Source: a virus. Taken from it: a stretch of 64,000 nucleotides of DNA. Position numbers and translations under genes: made by a program. The notes under the pieces are model-generated. The model did no database searches. It was not told where the DNA came from and saw only the letters and a program-made list of their open reading frames with translations. Each line of letters starts with the position of its first letter. Position 1 is the first letter of the stretch. Positions 25,190-34,272 of the stretch are shown piece after piece. Location: positions 99,544 to 163,543 of the IMG/VR virus record IMGVR_UViG_3300017917_002938. One strand, written 5' to 3'.

Positions 25190-27723
25190 CCGAAAAATGC
25201 CTCCAGGTTATTTCTTTTTTCAACATGCCATCCAATAGTGTTTAGAATAGACTGTAGTGGATCAATAAAAGCTTTTTCAAATTGCTTATTATAGTCAATA
25301 TAGCTATCTAAGTTCAACTCTTTAGGTAGTTTACCCGGGGTCGAGATAACATGCTCTCCAATATAGTTAGGGGTCTTGAGATAACAGAATTTTATCTTCT
25401 CACCTCTATTAACTAAATCGTATTTTTTATCCAGCTGTTTTTGCTTTAAGAAGTGATTATATAGTAGTGCGCCTTTAACATGAATAGGAGTACCGGTCTT
25501 GAATATAGTGTTAACATCTTGCCATTTTCCTAACTCTTTACACCCTCTAGGAAACGCCACAACATCAAATGGTTGTTGGAAGAAGTTGTCTTTAGTCTGT
25601 TCGACAAACTTAATCAAATCATCTTCCGTATCATTCATAATAATATTAAACGCTTTGGTAATCGATTCTTTTACGATAGCAGGAGTAGAAGAGCGTACCG
25701 CCTCTACACCCATCATCTTAAGTTTAGGTTCTTTATACCTTACGCCTTCGTTGTCATGTACGTTTAAGATGTAGCGTTTCTTAGCAATAAAAATTCCTTT
25801 GTCAGCAATAGCCTCACGCTTCATCTTCATCTTCTGATCGTAAGCGTTTACATATACTGCAAGTTCATCGTATTGTTTGTCAATGAAAGGTTCAAGCGCT
25901 GACTGGCAATACTTGTCAATCATCTCGATGATCTTTTCTTTTGAGGGAGATTGTTGACCCTCGAAAGCTTTCTTAATAAAAGGACCAAAGTCAATATACA
26001 TCGAGTCAGTATCAACAGCAATTACATAATCTACACCCTGTGTTTTGAGTGCTTTGTTGAAGTACTCATTAATCTTGTTCTCTATCCAACGAATAGATAA
26101 TTGACCGGACTTAGTAATAGACTCAGCAAAGCGAGTATCAAACCATCTGAAGAACTTATTAGCCAAAGCACCATAAGCAGAGTTTAACTGAATCTTTTTC
26201 GCAAGCTGCATATTATGGCAGCGAGCGATCTCCTTTTCCAACTCATACGTCTTTTCTTTCTCATACTTACGTTTGGCATCGAGCATTTCGTTCTTGAATT
26301 TGACACGGTCATTGTACATCTTCTCCATTAGCTTAGGAAGGAATCCTTGGCGGTCTCTGTCATAATAACATCCACTTGCTGCTACGGTGTAGTTGCACGA
26401 TAACATCTCATTACGAATTCCAAAATCGTTCAGAGCACCGCCAAGAATTTTTTCAACACCCTCAGAGGTTGCAAGGGAACTAAAGGTACCCTTATACGTC
26501 TCTGGTGAAATATTATACTGCATAATAAGGTGAGGGTATAAGCTATTTAAGTCAAACGATACTACCCATTCATGCATTCCTACTTGAGGGTCTTTTACGT
26601 AAGCACCTACAATAGGTTCGTCTTTCTCTCGATCAGATGGATTAAACATAGGCACCACAACTTTCTGTTCGAGCAGATAGTTGTGGATAATAATGTCCCA
26701 CATGCGCACAGAGGTAAACGTATCTAAGTAGTTCACTTTACCGTCATATGCTAGAGCAAAGACTTGGTCAATAAATTTAAGCTTATCGTCTAACTTATAA
26801 ACCAGCTCTACATCTCGAATATTATACTCCATGTATTTCTGAAAGTCTTTTTCATAAAACTCAGTCAGGTTTTCATATCCAAGTGCTTGATAGTCTAACT
26901 TACGCTCCCCTAATACCACAAACGCAATATGGTCTAGTTTATAGGACTCCTGCATGGTGAAAGAGAATTTTCGGTACAGTTGTAGGTAATCAAGAATAGT
27001 AATACCAACAATGACTGGTATGGTATACTGTTTACCTACAATTTCAACTTCCCGTTCAGTTAACAATCCCCATGGTGAGAGACGTTTAGCTGCTTCAATC
27101 CCTTTAAGTCTAGTGATGCGATTGAGTAGATAAGGCATATCAAAGAACTCAACGTTCCATCCTGTAATAATATCAGGGAGGAATTGTTTTGATCGCCATA
27201 CAGTAATAAATTTTTCTAACAGGTCGTTCTCATCCTTACATTTTAGATAAGTGATGTTAGGATTGTCTGTTTTGAATTCGTGATATCCGAACGCAATAGA
27301 CTTACTGTTTTTAGTGAGCGTGATAGCAGTGACAGCTCTATCCGCTACTGAGATGTCAGGGAAGCCTCCATCAGCCTCGATCTCAATATCAATTACAACT
27401 GTAGAGATTAGCTTGGGATCATAGTCTATCACGCCAGGATAGTGATCGTTAATAAATTGGTACAGGTAATTGGTAAGACCGTATAAGGTTTTACCTGACA
27501 CATTTTCATTCTCTTGTTTGTAGTTGCGAGCTTCGTAAACAGAGTCAAACTCTTTCTTGAAGACGGTCTTACCTTCAAGAGTTTTATATTCGTCTAGACT
27601 GACGCGATCGGTAGTGAAGAGATAAGGCTTGAGAGGGATCGATTTGTGTATTCGTTGCCCGTTCTCAAAACCTCTTAGTAGAATCTCATTCTTATGTAAA
27701 TGAACATTAGTATAAAAGTTCAT
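25186..27723 (-). CDS. 43: DNA polymerase, family B (T4 gp43)
   Basis: ExoI DIE, TGWN..FD, FDLNSLYP, KKIQLNSAYG, DTDS, KKRY, C-terminal clamp-binding LEAFF. Confidence 0.97.
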   Translation of the reverse strand: MNFYTNVHLHKNEILLRGFENGQRIHKSIPLKPYLFTTDRVSLDEYKTLEGKTVFKKEFDSVYEARNYKQENENVSGKTLYGLTNYLYQFINDHYPGVIDYDPKLISTVVIDIEIEADGGFPDISVADRAVTAITLTKNSKSIAFGYHEFKTDNPNITYLKCKDENDLLEKFITVWRSKQFLPDIITGWNVEFFDMPYLLNRITRLKGIEAAKRLSPWGLLTEREVEIVGKQYTIPVIVGITILDYLQLYRKFSFTMQESYKLDHIAFVVLGERKLDYQALGYENLTEFYEKDFQKYMEYNIRDVELVYKLDDKLKFIDQVFALAYDGKVNYLDTFTSVRMWDIIIHNYLLEQKVVVPMFNPSDREKDEPIVGAYVKDPQVGMHEWVVSFDLNSLYPHLIMQYNISPETYKGTFSSLATSEGVEKILGGALNDFGIRNEMLSCNYTVAASGCYYDRDRQGFLPKLMEKMYNDRVKFKNEMLDAKRKYEKEKTYELEKEIARCHNMQLAKKIQLNSAYGALANKFFRWFDTRFAESITKSGQLSIRWIENKINEYFNKALKTQGVDYVIAVDTDSMYIDFGPFIKKAFEGQQSPSKEKIIEMIDKYCQSALEPFIDKQYDELAVYVNAYDQKMKMKREAIADKGIFIAKKRYILNVHDNEGVRYKEPKLKMMGVEAVRSSTPAIVKESITKAFNIIMNDTEDDLIKFVEQTKDNFFQQPFDVVAFPRGCKELGKWQDVNTIFKTGTPIHVKGALLYNHFLKQKQLDKKYDLVNRGEKIKFCYLKTPNYIGEHVISTPGKLPKELNLDSYIDYNKQFEKAFIDPLQSILNTIGWHVEKRNNLEAFFG

Positions 27724-27747
27724 ACATTCCTTTGAGGAAAAATTATA

Positions 27748-28038
27748 TTATAGTGATTGTGCGATTTGAATGCCAGATCCAAATAGTCGGTTGTAGTTGT
27801 TAAGCAAATCAACTGACGGTTTATGGTTTATAACTATTACTGAGCTACTGATGTAGAACTTAGAATCTTCTGAGTATGGGAGAAAGGGAATCAACCCCAT
27901 AGACATCTTTGATGGGTCAGAACCAGGTACCATGTAAATAGAAGCCACTTCACCGATAACAATACCGGTTTCAGTTTCTTCAATAAGGTTACCAACCAAC
28001 TCATCGCCACTTAGTAGCTTGAGACAAATAACAGACAT
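27748..28038 (-). CDS. Conserved T4-like Sm-fold-like protein
   Basis: LKLLSGDELVG...PFLPYS...YNRLFGSGI; position next to gp43. Confidence 0.65.
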   Translation of the reverse strand: MSVICLKLLSGDELVGNLIEETETGIVIGEVASIYMVPGSDPSKMSMGLIPFLPYSEDSKFYISSSVIVINHKPSVDLLNNYNRLFGSGIQIAQSL

Positions 28039-28053
28039 AATAATCCTTTAATT

Positions 28054-28077
28054 AAGAAGGCGGCCGAAGCCGCCTTT
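28054..28077 (-). terminator. Terminator/hairpin with UUCG tetraloop after hsp20
   Basis: AAGGCGGC-TTCG-GCCGCCTTCTT. Confidence 0.75.
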
Positions 28078-28079
28078 GA

Positions 28080-28580
28080 TCACATAGAGAAGTTTTCAGT
28101 TAAGAGTTCAGCTTTTTTTGCTTTAGCTGTTTTCTCTCTTTCTTGTACTTCAATTTTCTTTGGCTTTTTGTGCTCGGGAATGATACGCTCAAGAGCAATT
28201 TTTAGCATACCGTTTAACATCTCTGCATCCTTCACTTCAATCTGATCGTTGATAGCAAAGGTGCGAGTAAATGCACGGTTAGCAATACCCTTGAAGACGT
28301 AATCGGAATTATCGTCCTGAGTTTGCCCGCGAATGATTAGTTGATCATTAGCGAGTTCAACGTCAATTTCATGCTTAGCAAAACCTGCAACTGCAATTTC
28401 AATCTGGTAAGTGTTATCACCAGTTTTCTTAACGTTGTAAGGAGGATAATTAGGAATATGTTTAGTCATATCGTCATGTAATTTAGCGATACGATTAAAC
28501 TGATCATCAAAACCAATGAACAACTTATCAAAGTCTTTCAAGTTGGGATGTAAAAGATTACTAGGAATAAATTGGTTCAT
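28080..28580 (-). CDS. Small heat-shock protein Hsp20/IbpA
   Basis: NYPPYNV, IEIAVAGF, GIANRAFTRTF, NGMLKI, PKKIEV. Confidence 0.95.
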   Translation of the reverse strand: MNQFIPSNLLHPNLKDFDKLFIGFDDQFNRIAKLHDDMTKHIPNYPPYNVKKTGDNTYQIEIAVAGFAKHEIDVELANDQLIIRGQTQDDNSDYVFKGIANRAFTRTFAINDQIEVKDAEMLNGMLKIALERIIPEHKKPKKIEVQEREKTAKAKKAELLTENFSM

Positions 28581-28589
28581 GGTTTCTCC

Positions 28590-28823
28590 TTAAACAGCTT
28601 TGAAGTTTTTGAAGGTGTCTTGCATAGAGCCTACAAAGTCATACTTGGAGGCTTTCTCTACAAACTCATCAGAAGCACTTACCATTTGACGAGCAAACTG
28701 AGCTTGTGCATTTACAAATTGTTGTAGAGGTTCGCGAAACAACTCTTCTTTTACAAAAGTGTTAAGGAATTGTGTTTTAGCGTATTGAACGGAATCAATA
28801 GCCGTATTGAGATATGATTTCAT
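28590..28823 (-). CDS. Amphipathic helical protein, possibly phasin-like
   Basis: AIDSVQYAKTQFLNTFV...PLQQFVNAQ; AAGGAG RBS. Confidence 0.5.
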   Translation of the reverse strand: MKSYLNTAIDSVQYAKTQFLNTFVKEELFREPLQQFVNAQAQFARQMVSASDEFVEKASKYDFVGSMQDTFKNFKAV

Positions 28824-28830
28824 GCTTTTT

Positions 28831-28885
28831 CTCCTTGAATTAAGCGAGTTTCAAAAATAGAGTGGCCCAATTGGCACCACCCTAT
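28831..28885 (-). promoter_or_regulatory. ROSE-like RNA thermometer leader
   Basis: 5' hairpin ATAGGGTGGTGCC-AATT-GGGCCACTCTAT, then CUCGCUU pairing with SD AAGGAG with a bulged G. Confidence 0.6.
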
Positions 28886-28892
28886 ATTTATA
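28885..28892 (-). promoter_or_regulatory. T4-type late promoter
   Basis: TATAAATA. Confidence 0.7.
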
Positions 28893-28917
28893 TTATATAA
28901 CCCTTATGGGTATAAAA

Positions 28918-29115
28918 TCAAGCAGCTTTTTGTTCTTTTCTTGAATTTCGCTCGTCAGAAATTTCTGTTCTACGAGCCTTTACCAATTTTCCAATTGCTT
29001 GAAGGGACTTACGGGCCCTGGTACCAGCGGCGTTATTACCACCCCAGAACTTCGCATCTTCAGCTAGAAATGTTTCAAGTTCGCGCTTCATTAAATCTAC
29101 TGTTTCATTTGACAT
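28918..29115 (-). CDS. Histone H1-like Hc1-type small basic protein
   Basis: KF..GNNAAGTRARKSLQ.I.KL.KARR.EI. Confidence 0.65.
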   Translation of the reverse strand: MSNETVDLMKRELETFLAEDAKFWGGNNAAGTRARKSLQAIGKLVKARRTEISDERNSRKEQKAA

Positions 29116-29133
29116 GATTAAGTCCTCATAAAT

Positions 29134-29532
29134 TTATTTCTTTTTTCCAATGTTGTACTTTGTCACTAATTCCCAGTCATCCTTTTCTTTATAAGGAAGA
29201 ACTTTAATTTGTGATAGAGCAGCAACAGGCTCTTTTGTTTTCTGGGTGTCAACTAATTCTACCAATCCCCACTCAGCTATTAAGTTAGCAATTGTGTTGC
29301 GTCTACCTTTATCTTCGTCGGAAAAGTTAGATGGTTTTCCATCCAGTAAAAACAATTCTTTAAAATGAACGATATAATATCGCCCTTGTTTATGTAAAAT
29401 ATGGCATGACTGATATAGTTTCTGATCTTTTTTTGAAGCCACGCCGATTCTTGTTAGAGTCTCTCTAACCTTTAAGAAGTCATCCTCGTCCTTAAGTTTA
29501 ACCTCTACTAGAGAATCAAGCATATTATCCAC
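29134..29532 (-). CDS. regA: Translational repressor RegA
   Basis: DFLKVRETLTRIGVAS, LYQSCHILHKQGRYYIVHFKELF, KYNIG. Confidence 0.95.
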   Translation of the reverse strand: MDNMLDSLVEVKLKDEDDFLKVRETLTRIGVASKKDQKLYQSCHILHKQGRYYIVHFKELFLLDGKPSNFSDEDKGRRNTIANLIAEWGLVELVDTQKTKEPVAALSQIKVLPYKEKDDWELVTKYNIGKKK

Positions 29533-29905
29533 CTTTTTCTAATTTTTGTTTTATCATCTTGATTTGTTCGGGGGATAATAATGACAGAGCTGTCTGGGCT
29601 TTCTCATTGCCGTAGCCATAATATTCTTTGACAATATCTAAATCATTACTATCTTGTTTTTTCACCCATTTTGCAAATCGCTTTTGGGGTCTAATGCTAT
29701 TTAGCAGATAGTGGTATTGCATGATTTTATCAAGATGTCCAAGTCTATTCATCTCGTTAGCGTAGAGAAGAGTATCCTTATGGTAGGAAAAGGCTTTGTT
29801 GACCATCCAAGGTTGATAGCCATCTTCCATCAGTTTTTCATTATCTGACCCTCTAATGATATCTTTATTAGAGTTGATCGAATTAACATAATCAAACGGA
29901 TTCAT
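29525..29905 (-). CDS. 62: Clamp loader small subunit (gp62)
   Basis: PFDYVNSIN, ANEMN, KRFAKW, VKEYYGY; synteny. Confidence 0.9.
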   Translation of the reverse strand: MNPFDYVNSINSNKDIIRGSDNEKLMEDGYQPWMVNKAFSYHKDTLLYANEMNRLGHLDKIMQYHYLLNSIRPQKRFAKWVKKQDSNDLDIVKEYYGYGNEKAQTALSLLSPEQIKMIKQKLEKGG

Positions 29906-30126
29906 TTTACTGTTACCTTACTCTCGGTCTCTATCCAGACCCTTGCCCCACAGCTAAGAGGCTTATCAGGGGAGTATACAACTTTACTAGGACCATCTAT
30001 TGTAACGTTATTACCGTAGGTGTTTGACTTATAAGTCTTAACAGTAAGTACTGGAACTCTATCTTCCGGTTCTGCCTTCTTGTTGCTTCGAATATAGGCT
30101 TGATTAACGTGGATGTATGTTTTCAT
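29902..30126 (-). CDS. Conserved phage hypothetical protein
   Basis: IHVNQ..IR.N...PLSCGARVWIET. Confidence 0.7.
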   Translation of the reverse strand: MKTYIHVNQAYIRSNKKAEPEDRVPVLTVKTYKSNTYGNNVTIDGPSKVVYSPDKPLSCGARVWIETESKVTVK

Positions 30127-31067
30127 TTAAATTCACACTCCACCATAATCTCAGTTAGGCAAGCTACGATATTGATCTCTGAATCAGCTACGAAAGCGGC
30201 TTTATATTGATAGTCAGCAACAATCAATACCAGTTGAGGGATGGACGAGGGTTTTAAGTAAGTGTTAGCTTGATCGTAAAGGCGTCTTAAAAATACTGTG
30301 GTATCAAGATCGTTATTTTCTCCCACCCATTTACGAACATTGGTGAAGTTTTTTTCTTTAAGGCTCTTGATAAGGTCTTGTATGTTCTCTTCGGCGAGAT
30401 TAGTTAACATACCCGAGTCAATTCTTCCAATCGCACTATAACGCTGCAACTCATTCAAGGTACGGCGAAAGTCAGGAAAGTGCTTCTCTACTACTACAGC
30501 TAATACTTTACTATCAAACTCAACACTCTCTTGAGTAAGAATATCTACTACACGACGATAAAAATTAGCAGCAAGAGTAGGCTTTTCCGTCTTAGGGATG
30601 TTAAACTCAACGACTGAGCATCGAGAGTGAAGTTCGGGAATGATTCTATTCTTATAGTTACAGGTAAGAATAAATCCGCAGTTCTTAGAGAACTCTTCCA
30701 TAAAATTTCTAAGAGCGGGCTGAGTAGAGTTTGCGTTTAAATAATCAGCTTCATCGATAATAACGTATTTACGACCACCAGTAAGACTAACAGCGGATGC
30801 AAATTGTTTAATATCGTTACGAAGAGTGTCAATATTTCCATACAGAGATCCATTTATTAAGTAGTAATCGCATCCCAATTCTTCCATCATAGCTCTTGCT
30901 ACAGTAGTTTTACCAATACCAGCCTTGCCCGTAAGCAAGAGGTTAGGGATGTTACCTTGTTCAATAAATTGTTTAAACGTTGCTTTATATGCTTGAGGAA
31001 GGATAGTATCGTCTATTTTACGAGGACGGTATTTTTCAACCCAAAGAAAGTTATCCAAATTATTCAT
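30123..31067 (-). CDS. 44: Clamp loader large subunit (gp44)
   Basis: WVEKYRP, GKAGIGKTT, IIDEADY, SRC, FPDFRR. Confidence 0.95.
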   Translation of the reverse strand: MNNLDNFLWVEKYRPRKIDDTILPQAYKATFKQFIEQGNIPNLLLTGKAGIGKTTVARAMMEELGCDYYLINGSLYGNIDTLRNDIKQFASAVSLTGGRKYVIIDEADYLNANSTQPALRNFMEEFSKNCGFILTCNYKNRIIPELHSRCSVVEFNIPKTEKPTLAANFYRRVVDILTQESVEFDSKVLAVVVEKHFPDFRRTLNELQRYSAIGRIDSGMLTNLAEENIQDLIKSLKEKNFTNVRKWVGENNDLDTTVFLRRLYDQANTYLKPSSIPQLVLIVADYQYKAAFVADSEINIVACLTEIMVECEFK

Positions 31068-31095
31068 TACGACTCCATGATAAAAAAATCAAAAA

Positions 31096-31752
31096 TTATT
31101 CAGTAAATGCAGAAGTAGCCTCAGTGGCTACCCAATACGTTACGTCCTTTCCTTTAAACTCTCCGATACCTCTTTTTGAGATCTTTACTGAATAGTCTCC
31201 GGGCAGGAACTTAACGTTATCAGCTCTGAATATCATTTTAAACTTTATAGAGGTATCATTCAACCTGATTCTGAACGTATCAGAAGTACTATTCTTCGAA
31301 TCGCTAGCTTCAAGATACATCGATCCATCTTCACCTACTACCGCTAGTTCAGGTAGTTGCATCACTCCCATAGCTTTGAGAACCGATTGCAGTTGGGCCT
31401 CACTTAGATCAAACTCTATTTCTGCTTCGGGCATAGTAATCTCTTTAGTGGGGGTAACTACCAAAGAGGGATCGGCAAAAGTATAGTTGACCTTAGCCGT
31501 GTCTGATTTGATCACCATATGCTTATCCTTCACTTCTAGTTCTGGTGAAGTGAAGAGAGAAAGCACCCCAAGAAAACGTGATATATCGTAAATGGCAAAG
31601 CCTCCGGTCAGATCTTCTTGAACGGATGCTTTTGCCATGATAGTCTTGTTAGGAGAACATGTAGTAAGGTTCTTACCCGGCTTAAAGACGATTGAGGGGT
31701 TGATGGTGGAAAAATTCTTCAAAATTTGTAAGGTACGACCTTCCAGTTTCAT
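31096..31752 (-). CDS. 45: Sliding clamp (gp45)
   Basis: LKNFSTINPSI, FAIYDISRFL, YWVATE; synteny. Confidence 0.92.
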   Translation of the reverse strand: MKLEGRTLQILKNFSTINPSIVFKPGKNLTTCSPNKTIMAKASVQEDLTGGFAIYDISRFLGVLSLFTSPELEVKDKHMVIKSDTAKVNYTFADPSLVVTPTKEITMPEAEIEFDLSEAQLQSVLKAMGVMQLPELAVVGEDGSMYLEASDSKNSTSDTFRIRLNDTSIKFKMIFRADNVKFLPGDYSVKISKRGIGEFKGKDVTYWVATEATSAFTE

Positions 31753-31768
31753 AATATATTACTCCAGT

Positions 31769-32635
31769 TTACTTGTTAGCTTCAGCTAGTTTTTTATCCT
31801 TCTTTAACTGGGCCACATCAGCTGTTGCTGCAGCTCCAATTTGTGCAAGATCAATCAATGAACCTCCAAACACATAACTTCCTACGTGCTGTAGTTTCAT
31901 CCATGGGCACAACCATACCTTCTTACCCATCTTCTCTACATTATAGCAGAACATGTAGTCTTCAGACAAGTAACGCTTTGACTTAGGATCGATAATACAA
32001 TCAAAGTAAGCCATAATTTCTCTTGAGCCATCAAAATGTTCAGTACGAACATGATCAGGCTTGTAGCTCTGAGATGGGTACTGCTTATCATACTCTTCGA
32101 AGACTGATCGCTTGATCATCATGAAACCAGTTCCAATCTCCATAACCTGGGCTGGCTCGTCTAGTCTAATTTCTCTCTGGCCGCCTGCAGGGTTAAAGAC
32201 ATAATCACCAACAAAGTTTTCAAGTTTGTTAGGTTCGTCATCTGCAAAACCTTTATCAACAGCTTGTTTGATCTTCTCCCAGGAAATACATTTCTTAGGA
32301 TAAGGGCCACCGATTACATCGTAAGGAGAATCATCGGTCTGCATTGCCAACATTGCGATAATATCTTGAGGATTGAATCCAATATCACTATCAATGAACA
32401 TTAGGTTAGTAGCACCGGAGCGTAAAAACTCATCAACGCAATAGTTACGAGCACGAGTAATTAATGACTCGTTAAAGAGGTAGTATAGCTGTAGAGGAAT
32501 GTTATACTTGGCGCAGAAAGCCGATAGGTCGGCAACTGAGCGGGTGTATAGACCTGCACATTGTCCTCCGTACATGGGTGTAGCTACGAACAGCTTTCTC
32601 TTCTGAAGCTCTTCAATATTAATTTGTAATTGCAT
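31769..32635 (-). CDS. GT-A-fold glycosyltransferase-like protein
   Basis: FVATPMYGG, ESLITRARN, LMFIDSDI (DxD), GTGFMMIKR, YLSEDYMFC, LQHVG. Confidence 0.7.
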   Translation of the reverse strand: MQLQINIEELQKRKLFVATPMYGGQCAGLYTRSVADLSAFCAKYNIPLQLYYLFNESLITRARNYCVDEFLRSGATNLMFIDSDIGFNPQDIIAMLAMQTDDSPYDVIGGPYPKKCISWEKIKQAVDKGFADDEPNKLENFVGDYVFNPAGGQREIRLDEPAQVMEIGTGFMMIKRSVFEEYDKQYPSQSYKPDHVRTEHFDGSREIMAYFDCIIDPKSKRYLSEDYMFCYNVEKMGKKVWLCPWMKLQHVGSYVFGGSLIDLAQIGAAATADVAQLKKDKKLAEANK

Positions 32636-32637
32636 AA

Positions 32638-33132
32638 TTATACTCCGTATTTTTTATCGTGTTGTTTGCCGATGCCGTAATCGCCATCGTATGAAGAAAG
32701 AGATTCAGAATCAAATAATATAAATTGACCTACTCGAGTACCTCTTTTAATTCTTGCAGGGCCAGAAGTTACGTGTAGTACTCCTGCCATAACTCCGTGG
32801 TAACCAGAGTCATAAAGACCGGAAGTAATGTATACGCCGTTACGGTTTAGAGTAGAACGTGTTATAACCCAACCAGCTTCCCCTTCACCTAATTGAACGA
32901 TGTTCTCCATAACAATCTCATAAGAGCCTGGTTTAAGAAAGAAGAATCCTTCAGGGTCAGTTTTAAGTTCTAAAGTCCCGCGGTGTTTTTTGTCTTCGTT
33001 GGAAATCTGGAATACCTTATCGCTAATTGCAAAGACTTTGTCTAGTCTAAGATCGACGGCATTAGGTTGACTGTCACCCTCTCGTACTTGGGTAAGGGTT
33101 GACTTAGAGTTAGGTCCAAGTATATGTTTCAA
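32638..33132 (-). CDS. Trimeric dUTPase / dCTP-deaminase-fold protein
   Basis: PNAVDLR, TRSTLNR, GLYDSGYHG, RVGQ; catalytic Glu of dCTP deaminases not evident. Confidence 0.8.
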   Translation of the reverse strand: MKHILGPNSKSTLTQVREGDSQPNAVDLRLDKVFAISDKVFQISNEDKKHRGTLELKTDPEGFFFLKPGSYEIVMENIVQLGEGEAGWVITRSTLNRNGVYITSGLYDSGYHGVMAGVLHVTSGPARIKRGTRVGQFILFDSESLSSYDGDYGIGKQHDKKYGV

Positions 33133-33764
33133 TTATCATCTCCGAAATAATATGGATTTTCCACAGTCCTGAATTCAGCAACCGGGTCCAGTAGTTTGCT
33201 ATCAAGTCGCATCAACAACACTTTGTTTGCGTCGGTAGGGTTACTACCTTCAAATCTTGTTGATGAAATATTTAGCTCAGAATCATAGAACATTGGTGAT
33301 ATTTCATTTCTAAACAAAAATAATTGTTTACCTTTATGCATTAGACAACTAAACGTACCATCAATATCGTTTAGAGCATCCCATCCGTCATTAATTATTT
33401 CATGCATTAGTAATAAAGTATCCCAGTCCTTCAACCAACTATGCTTTTCGTGTAATTTTTTTATCTGATTGGTTTTTAGTATACCATTATGCCATAGATG
33501 GTCGTTTGTAAATGTGGCAGGATGAATAGAGTCAATACTTTTATTATCGGTAGTAGGAGCTTGTACGTGTACAATTCCATACCAACCTTCGGGTATATTA
33601 ATTTTACTCTCTTTAATAGGTCCTAGTTCCTGAGCCGTAACAATAAAGATTTTACTGGTAGGATTATAAAGAGAGAAAGAATGGGAGTGTTGTCCTCTAT
33701 ATGAGTTCAGCTTTACTAACTCTTTAAGAGTATCGGTATCAAAAGATCCTACAATTGCACACAT
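33129..33764 (-). CDS. Stand-alone class-II (Ntn) glutamine amidotransferase
   Basis: Start trimmed to MCAIVG (nucleophilic Cys2); RG, HP, HNGIL, DT, IDGTFS. Confidence 0.8.
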   Translation of the reverse strand: MCAIVGSFDTDTLKELVKLNSYRGQHSHSFSLYNPTSKIFIVTAQELGPIKESKINIPEGWYGIVHVQAPTTDNKSIDSIHPATFTNDHLWHNGILKTNQIKKLHEKHSWLKDWDTLLLMHEIINDGWDALNDIDGTFSCLMHKGKQLFLFRNEISPMFYDSELNISSTRFEGSNPTDANKVLLMRLDSKLLDPVAEFRTVENPYYFGDDN

Positions 33765-33765
33765 A

Positions 33766-34272
33766 TTACATTCCAAAGTAATGTTTGAGTTTAATTATAG
33801 TCTCTTCTGCTGTTCTATGCAAGCTTCCTGAACCTCCATTATCCTCAAAACGAAGTACAACATCATCGGTATCATCAATGATGAATGAGTCTTTAGTAGC
33901 GTAGGCAGACTTAAACCGTCTTCCAGGTACCGTAATAACTTGATATGGAATATCGTGCTTCTCGATCCATTTTAGCTTCTGATCAGTTACAGTGTTATGA
34001 AAGTCAAACCCCCCTGTAGAGGTTAGAATAGACTTTTGGACGTTGCCAGGAATTGTTCTGATAAACTCTAACAACTCTTCTGCTCCAGGGTACATTTCTA
34101 GTTTAGTAAACCCGTCATTATCAATAAACTTTGCCCAGCAATTGGAGTAGGTGGTGTGAGCACCAGCTTTCCTGGCATCTCTCACCTCTTTAGGAGACAT
34201 GCCAAACATATCGGTGAAGCCTTTTTCAAAATTGGAGAGAACTCCGTCCATGTCAATGTAGAGATATTTCAT
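33766..34272 (-). CDS. HAD-family 5'(3')-deoxyribonucleotidase-like
   Basis: YIDMDGVL, ILTS, K..W, IIDD. Confidence 0.8.
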   Translation of the reverse strand: MKYLYIDMDGVLSNFEKGFTDMFGMSPKEVRDARKAGAHTTYSNCWAKFIDNDGFTKLEMYPGAEELLEFIRTIPGNVQKSILTSTGGFDFHNTVTDQKLKWIEKHDIPYQVITVPGRRFKSAYATKDSFIIDDTDDVVLRFEDNGGSGSLHRTAEETIIKLKHYFGM

